In this document: positions 32,188-35,770 of the stretch, piece after piece
How positions within the stretch are numbered: position 1 is the first letter of the stretch
Layout of the letters: every line of letters starts with the position of its first letter
Virus record (IMG/VR): IMGVR_UViG_3300029431_000015
Strand: one strand, 5' to 3'
Source: a virus
Length of the DNA stretch: 35,770 nt
Position numbers and translations under genes: made by a program
Notes under the pieces: model-generated
Told to the model about the DNA's origin: nothing
Databases searched by the model: none
Seen by the model: only the letters and a program-made list of their open reading frames with translations

Positions 32188-32193
32188 GAACAT

Positions 32194-32285
32194 AAAGAGA
32201 GGTACTGCGATAAGCGGTTTACCTCCAGTTGGTCAATTTAAATTATAACCGTCCTTTGGCAGAAGGGCGGTTATTTCTTTTTATT
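32194..32285 (+). ncRNA. Candidate antisense small RNA (about 90 nt; antitoxin-like)
   Basis: It runs from the predicted transcription start near 32194 to the hairpin at 32247..32272 plus ATTTCTTTTTATT. It overlaps the 3' end of the 28-codon ORF and contains TACCTCC, which is complementary to that ORF's SD. Confidence 0.5.
32247..32272. terminator. Bidirectional terminator hairpin shared by the small ORF and the antisense RNA
   Basis: AACCGTCCTT-TGGCAG-AAGGGCGGTT forms 10 bp including one G-U pair. It is U-rich on the plus side and has AUAAUUUAAAUU on the minus side. Confidence 0.6.
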
Positions 32286-32357
32286 GCAGACATTGAGCAC
32301 AAGCCCAATTATGTTTGTTATAAGTAGAAGTAAAGTTAAGACTTCCATAACGCTCAT
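32271..32357 (-). CDS. 28-aa hydrophobic peptide (type I toxin-like), not in the ORF track
   Basis: The translation is MSVMEVLTLLLLITNIIGLVLNVCNKKK. A strong SD TAAGGAGGTGA lies 6 nt upstream. It has its own consensus promoter and terminator. Confidence 0.55.
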   Translation of the reverse strand: MSVMEVLTLLLLITNIIGLVLNVCNKKK

Positions 32358-32435
32358 GTGTCGCTCACCTCCTTAGCCATGAGGCTTTTGGAGGATTATT
32401 TAAACCGCCTACCGTTATTTGCAGTACCCAAAGTC

Positions 32436-32464
32436 ATTATATCACAGATAGTTTTTCTTGTCAA
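32436..32464 (-). promoter_or_regulatory. Exact consensus promoter TTGACA-17-TATAAT (TG extended -10) for the small hydrophobic ORF
   Basis: On the minus strand TTGACA lies at 32464..32459 and TATAAT at 32441..32436. Confidence 0.65.
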
Positions 32465-32474
32465 ATATTGTTGT

Positions 32475-32933
32475 TTACGCTGCCGCCTCTGTAAACTCAG
32501 GCTTGCCGTCGGAAGCAAAGTCGAACGCAAGCGGCGCAACTGCTGTCGAATCTCCGCCGCCCCATTCCGTTACGCTGACAACGCCCTTGATAACAAGCTT
32601 TGCTCCGCTTGGGAAGTTCCACACAAGGGTTGTGGTCGCCGCAGCACCTGTTTTGAGTGCAAGGCTCTCGATGTAGTCATTGCCTGCGTCACCGACGTTT
32701 CTCTTGCCTGAGATACTGATAGTGATAGACTTACCAGTGAGCAAACGTCTTGTCCACCCCTGCTGATCAAAAGGCTTCCACTCCTCGATATTGCCGTCAA
32801 TGGATACTGAAAAGCTCTCCATATCGGCAATAGTCACAAGATTGCTCTCTGTCGAGCCGTCGCCGCCTGTCTTGTCTATCTTGAACTGGTTTTCATATAC
32901 GGGATAAACTCCTGTTGTGTTTGCCATACTCAT
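32475..32933 (-). CDS. Major tail protein
   Basis: At 152 aa its sequence character resembles TP901-1/phi13-type major tail proteins. It lies after the neck genes and before the chaperones. Confidence 0.8.
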   Translation of the reverse strand: MSMANTTGVYPVYENQFKIDKTGGDGSTESNLVTIADMESFSVSIDGNIEEWKPFDQQGWTRRLLTGKSITISISGKRNVGDAGNDYIESLALKTGAAATTTLVWNFPSGAKLVIKGVVSVTEWGGGDSTAVAPLAFDFASDGKPEFTEAAA

Positions 32934-33322
32934 TCATTCCTTTCGTAATATACTGTTGCCTCGATAACATATTCACACACGCCTCGCTCGTCCCTGCCAA
33001 CAGAAACAGGCTCTTTGCATTCGAGATACTTTACCATAAAGCCGTCAGCCTTATGCTGACGTATATCGGATAGGATATCAAGAACGCTTTGTGCCTTTAT
33101 CTCTGCCTGCGTGGGAGCATCAGTCCAATGAATAAGCACCGAGATATGTTTTTCAAGTGTTTTTGTGCAGGCTTTTCCGCCTATGCAGATACGCTGTGGC
33201 TTTGAGGTCTTTGCGTTGTACACGCCTACGCACTTGTCAAGGTTGCCGTCAATAGTGCCTGCATACACGTCCTGCAATTCAAGGATATCGCTCAGCATAT
33301 CCGCTATGTTAAGTAAAGTCAT
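32930..33322 (-). CDS. Tail terminator / neck protein (Minor_capsid_3-like position)
   Basis: It is 130 aa, translationally coupled (ATGA), and the last gene before the major tail protein. Confidence 0.55.
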   Translation of the reverse strand: MTLLNIADMLSDILELQDVYAGTIDGNLDKCVGVYNAKTSKPQRICIGGKACTKTLEKHISVLIHWTDAPTQAEIKAQSVLDILSDIRQHKADGFMVKYLECKEPVSVGRDERGVCEYVIEATVYYERNE

Positions 33323-33681
33323 ACGCCTGTCCTCTTTTTGAACTCTGCCACAAACTCATTCTTGGCAAGGTCCTTTTTATTGCCTGTGATATATGGTTCG
33401 AGCCAAGCCGCACCTGCGTTAGGGTTATTGCCTTTCTGAAAATGATACTCAGGGTGATAGTACAAACGTCTTGCCTGCGGAGAGCCTGTCACAAGACTTG
33501 CACCGCTTTCGTCAGCGTGGACAAAGGTCTGATTATTCTGCATATCGCCTGTATCGAACGGCATTGTCTGAGCACTCACAAGGTCTGCCCTCACCTGCTC
33601 CATAGCCACCTCAGCGGACTTCACAGAGGCGTCCTCGATAGCCTTTATCGCCTGCATATCAAGCTTTATTTCAATGCCCAC
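33319..33681 (-). CDS. Tail completion / HK97 gp10-like neck protein
   Basis: It is 120 aa with a GTG start overlapping the upstream stop. Sequence and position resemble the Minor_capsid_2 / gp10 class. Confidence 0.55.
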   Translation of the reverse strand: MGIEIKLDMQAIKAIEDASVKSAEVAMEQVRADLVSAQTMPFDTGDMQNNQTFVHADESGASLVTGSPQARRLYYHPEYHFQKGNNPNAGAAWLEPYITGNKKDLAKNEFVAEFKKRTGV

Positions 33682-34013
33682 TATATCAACTCCAATCTTG
33701 TGTAATTCACCCTGCCGTCAGGGTCTTTGGCTTTCTCAGAGCCATATATCTTGTACGTCCTGCCGCCTATGACCGCATAGCCCTCTATAACAGCGTTATC
33801 AGGGGCTATATCTCCGCAGAAAAGAGCCTCGCCTGACAAGGTTATAAGCTGTTTCTCTGCGGATAATTTCTGCCTTGACTTCTCAGAGTGAAAGCATTTG
33901 CCCTCAAATATGACCGTCTGCTTCTTTGAGCCGTCACGATTAAGTCCGTCCGTTCGATAGACCTTGCATGGCGTTTTGCATACCCTTTCAGGTACAAGCT
34001 GAGGAAACTTCAT
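33681..34013 (-). CDS. Head closure / head-tail adaptor protein
   Basis: It is about 110 aa and coupled to its neighbours. It is the second gene after the capsid gene. Confidence 0.55.
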   Translation of the reverse strand: MKFPQLVPERVCKTPCKVYRTDGLNRDGSKKQTVIFEGKCFHSEKSRQKLSAEKQLITLSGEALFCGDIAPDNAVIEGYAVIGGRTYKIYGSEKAKDPDGRVNYTRLELI

Positions 34014-34384
34014 CACATCAGCCCCCTATAACATAGTCCTGTCTGCATAAGCACATTGTAGACCTGACGTGTTGTGATAACGCCGTCAAGAGATACCACC
34101 TTTGACTTATCGAATGACATTGAAACTCCGCTTATGCTGTAAGCGCTCAGAGGGCTTTCTAACAGCTCCGAATTGTCATAGATGAATTTCATCTGCAAGG
34201 CTGTGGAACGCTTTATACGCTCTCTCTGAAAGTCTGTAAAGCTGTCAATGCCCTCTGCTGTTATGCGGTTGAAAGTCAGCGTGTCGATATCGCTTTCTGC
34301 TCTTTGCCGAATTGCTGAGAACTGTTCTTCGGAGATATCACACTCAGGACAGATATTGCAAAACTCAGTAGAAGTGAGGTACAT
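34013..34384 (-). CDS. Head-tail connector (gp6-like) protein
   Basis: It is the first gene after the capsid gene. ATG at 34384 follows AAGGGGTGA. The track GTG at 34393 abuts the RBS. Confidence 0.55.
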   Translation of the reverse strand: MYLTSTEFCNICPECDISEEQFSAIRQRAESDIDTLTFNRITAEGIDSFTDFQRERIKRSTALQMKFIYDNSELLESPLSAYSISGVSMSFDKSKVVSLDGVITTRQVYNVLMQTGLCYRGLM

Positions 34385-34396
34385 ATCCCTCACCCC

Positions 34397-35470
34397 TTAC
34401 TCGCTGTACTCTGCTGTGTCAACGTCAGCGTAAATGCTGTCTATCTTTCCGTCCTTGCCGTTCGGGAAAGTGAAAACATCTGAGAACGCTCTGTTCTGAT
34501 AGAGCCAGCCGTCACCCTCTGTGTGTCCGCCCGGAGCAAAGCTGTAAATGCTGTTGATCTTAGGTACTATCTTTGTGGTCTCAGGTGTTGCGATAAGCAC
34601 GTTTATCTTATGCGAACCTGCGACTTTTTCATAGTATGTATCAAGTGCAGACTTGCTCGGTGTGCCTGATACCTTAGTGTAAGAACCGCTTGATTCGGTG
34701 TAATACTCCTTGCCGCTCACGATATCGGTATCAGCGGTCTTTACATAGCTTGCAGCGCAAGGCTCAAAGCCGCCGTCCTCAGGGTCAAAGTTGAAGCGGT
34801 CATAGAAACGCTCATCATCAATGACCTCCATGATAGGCACTCCGTCAATGTCGGTCACTCTTGTTCTAAGACCAAGTCCTCCCTCTGCGATCTGCGTCAT
34901 TTCTATCTTTCTCGTGAACTTGTCAGACTGCTCCAGCAGGTCCATAATTGTGGAAGTCACATACATAATGAGCGAGCCATTAGACTTATATCTTCTCAGC
35001 TTGCCTGATGAAAGAAAGCCTTTGAGCTTGTCGAACACGTTACCCTTTGTGTATGATGAAGCGGCTGTTGATGAGTGATAGCCCTCAAGCTCTGCCGCTC
35101 TCTGAGCTGTCTTTGAGAAGAACAGAGCGTCCGTTTCGGGAGCAGACTGTGTTTTCTCAAATACCTCTGAGATGTTTTTGATAGACGCTGATGAGTTCGT
35201 TTCGTCAACGTCAGCCTTATCCACAAGAAACTCAACATCACGGTCGTGTGTGAGTGTGAAAGGCACGTCCGTCTGAACATACTTACCTGTGTTCCAGCCG
35301 CCGTTTCTGTTGTGGCTCTTGTAGCCTGATGTTGACATCTGTGTGAAGTGGAAAGTCTTTGCGTCAAGCCACCTAACGTTCTGTGTGATGAACGGACTTG
35401 ACAGTGTTTCCTGGATCCTTATCTCCAAGAGCTCGGGATTCCATACTTCTGCATAATTAAGATTTGGCAT
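34397..35470 (-). CDS. Major capsid protein
   Basis: It is 357 aa with RBS AGGAGGA. It lies directly after the scaffold gene and before the connector genes. Confidence 0.85.
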   Translation of the reverse strand: MPNLNYAEVWNPELLEIRIQETLSSPFITQNVRWLDAKTFHFTQMSTSGYKSHNRNGGWNTGKYVQTDVPFTLTHDRDVEFLVDKADVDETNSSASIKNISEVFEKTQSAPETDALFFSKTAQRAAELEGYHSSTAASSYTKGNVFDKLKGFLSSGKLRRYKSNGSLIMYVTSTIMDLLEQSDKFTRKIEMTQIAEGGLGLRTRVTDIDGVPIMEVIDDERFYDRFNFDPEDGGFEPCAASYVKTADTDIVSGKEYYTESSGSYTKVSGTPSKSALDTYYEKVAGSHKINVLIATPETTKIVPKINSIYSFAPGGHTEGDGWLYQNRAFSDVFTFPNGKDGKIDSIYADVDTAEYSE

Positions 35471-35488
35471 GATTCATTCCTCCTGTTT

Positions 35489-35770
35489 TTACTTGAATTT
35501 GTTCCAGCGTTTCTGCGCTGTTGGTTTGCTCTGTGGCTTCTTTTCATCAGTATCCGAAGATCCTGCACCGACCTTAAAACCGCCCTGCTTTTTGCCGTCG
35601 GACTTTTTGCCACCCTCGCCTTTCATGTCTGGATACTTCTTCACAACCGCAGAAAGGGCGGCGTTGATATCCTGCTGACTGCCGTTTCTCACATAGCTTT
35701 CAGCCACCGCAACAGCGTCCTCGATACAGTCGGGCTTGATACCAAGCTGCATAGCGGCTATCTGAGTTTT
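35489..35770 (-). CDS. Scaffolding protein, C-terminal part (5' part lies at 124..411 after circularisation)
   Basis: The reading frame stays open upstream of the track's Met at 35752 through to the window end. It joins in frame to 1..411 through the 123-nt repeat. The C-terminus is Lys/Gly-rich. Confidence 0.75.
   Translation of the reverse strand, partial: KTQIAAMQLGIKPDCIEDAVAVAESYVRNGSQQDINAALSAVVKKYPDMKGEGGKKSDGKKQGGFKVGAGSSDTDEKKPQSKPTAQKRWNKFK
35648..35770. repeat. Terminal direct repeat, right copy (identical to 1..123)
   Basis: It matches 1..123 exactly over 123 nt. Confidence 0.95.

Noticed and set aside
32101-32193. An N-terminal 31-codon extension of the tail chaperone ORF (track start 32193)
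   Set aside because: The ATG at 32193 has no RBS. The extension runs across a terminator hairpin and the antisense-RNA promoter. The ATG at 32100 has an RBS.
32358-32711. A 117-aa plus-strand ORF opposite the major tail gene
   Set aside because: It is antisense to a confidently called structural gene. It has a GTG start without an RBS and a Cys/Arg-rich composition, so it is a shadow ORF.
1-35770. Search for reverse transcriptase (DGR or retron), a CRISPR-Cas system, or a transposase/IS element
   Set aside because: No ORF shows RT (YxDD), Cas or DDE-transposase hallmarks. The only recombinase is the tyrosine integrase. No template/variable repeat pair was noticed for the fibre gene.

Overview
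No database search or program was run. Every call below comes from reading the sequence and the ORF track.

The window is a complete temperate siphovirus-type phage or prophage genome. Its first 123 nt (1..123) are identical to its last 123 nt (35648..35770), so the unit is 35,647 bp and either circular or terminally redundant. Strong AGGAGG-type ribosome-binding sites and sigma-A-type promoters suggest a Firmicutes/Clostridia-like host.

Most genes lie on the minus strand:
- Late activator, terS, terL, portal, MuF minor head protein, and a scaffold gene that is split by the window junction
- Major capsid, four neck genes, major tail protein, a G/T tail chaperone pair, tape measure, Dit-like and Tal-like proteins, and a tail fibre
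- XkdX, holin and a CHAP endolysin
- An early operon: cro-like regulator, C5-methyltransferase-like protein, RecE-like exonuclease, single-strand annealing protein, SSB, DUF927 helicase, SF2 helicase, VRR-NUC nuclease and a PAPS-reductase-like protein

The plus strand carries the lysogeny module: XRE repressor, ImmA-like protease, a zinc-ribbon/TM2 protein, a membrane-anchored Mrr-like nuclease and a tyrosine integrase. This is followed by an attP that contains the 3' part of tRNA-Thr(GGU).

Most interesting observations:
1. A type I toxin-antitoxin-like cassette sits inside the tail operon. It has a 28-codon hydrophobic ORF, convergent exact consensus promoters and a shared terminator.
2. A HicA-HicB operon carries a third, SecB-like gene. 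This is a possible toxin-antitoxin-chaperone system.
3. Two orphan promoter-plus-terminator units, possibly small RNAs, flank the TM2/Mrr cargo.
4. The immunity switch has an additional consensus promoter antisense to cro.
5. A GTGGGAC iteron and palindrome cluster looks like a replication origin.
6. The tail chaperone extension lies in the +1 (equivalently -2) frame, not the usual -1 frame.
7. The MuF protein has a C-terminal extension followed by a small acidic ORF.
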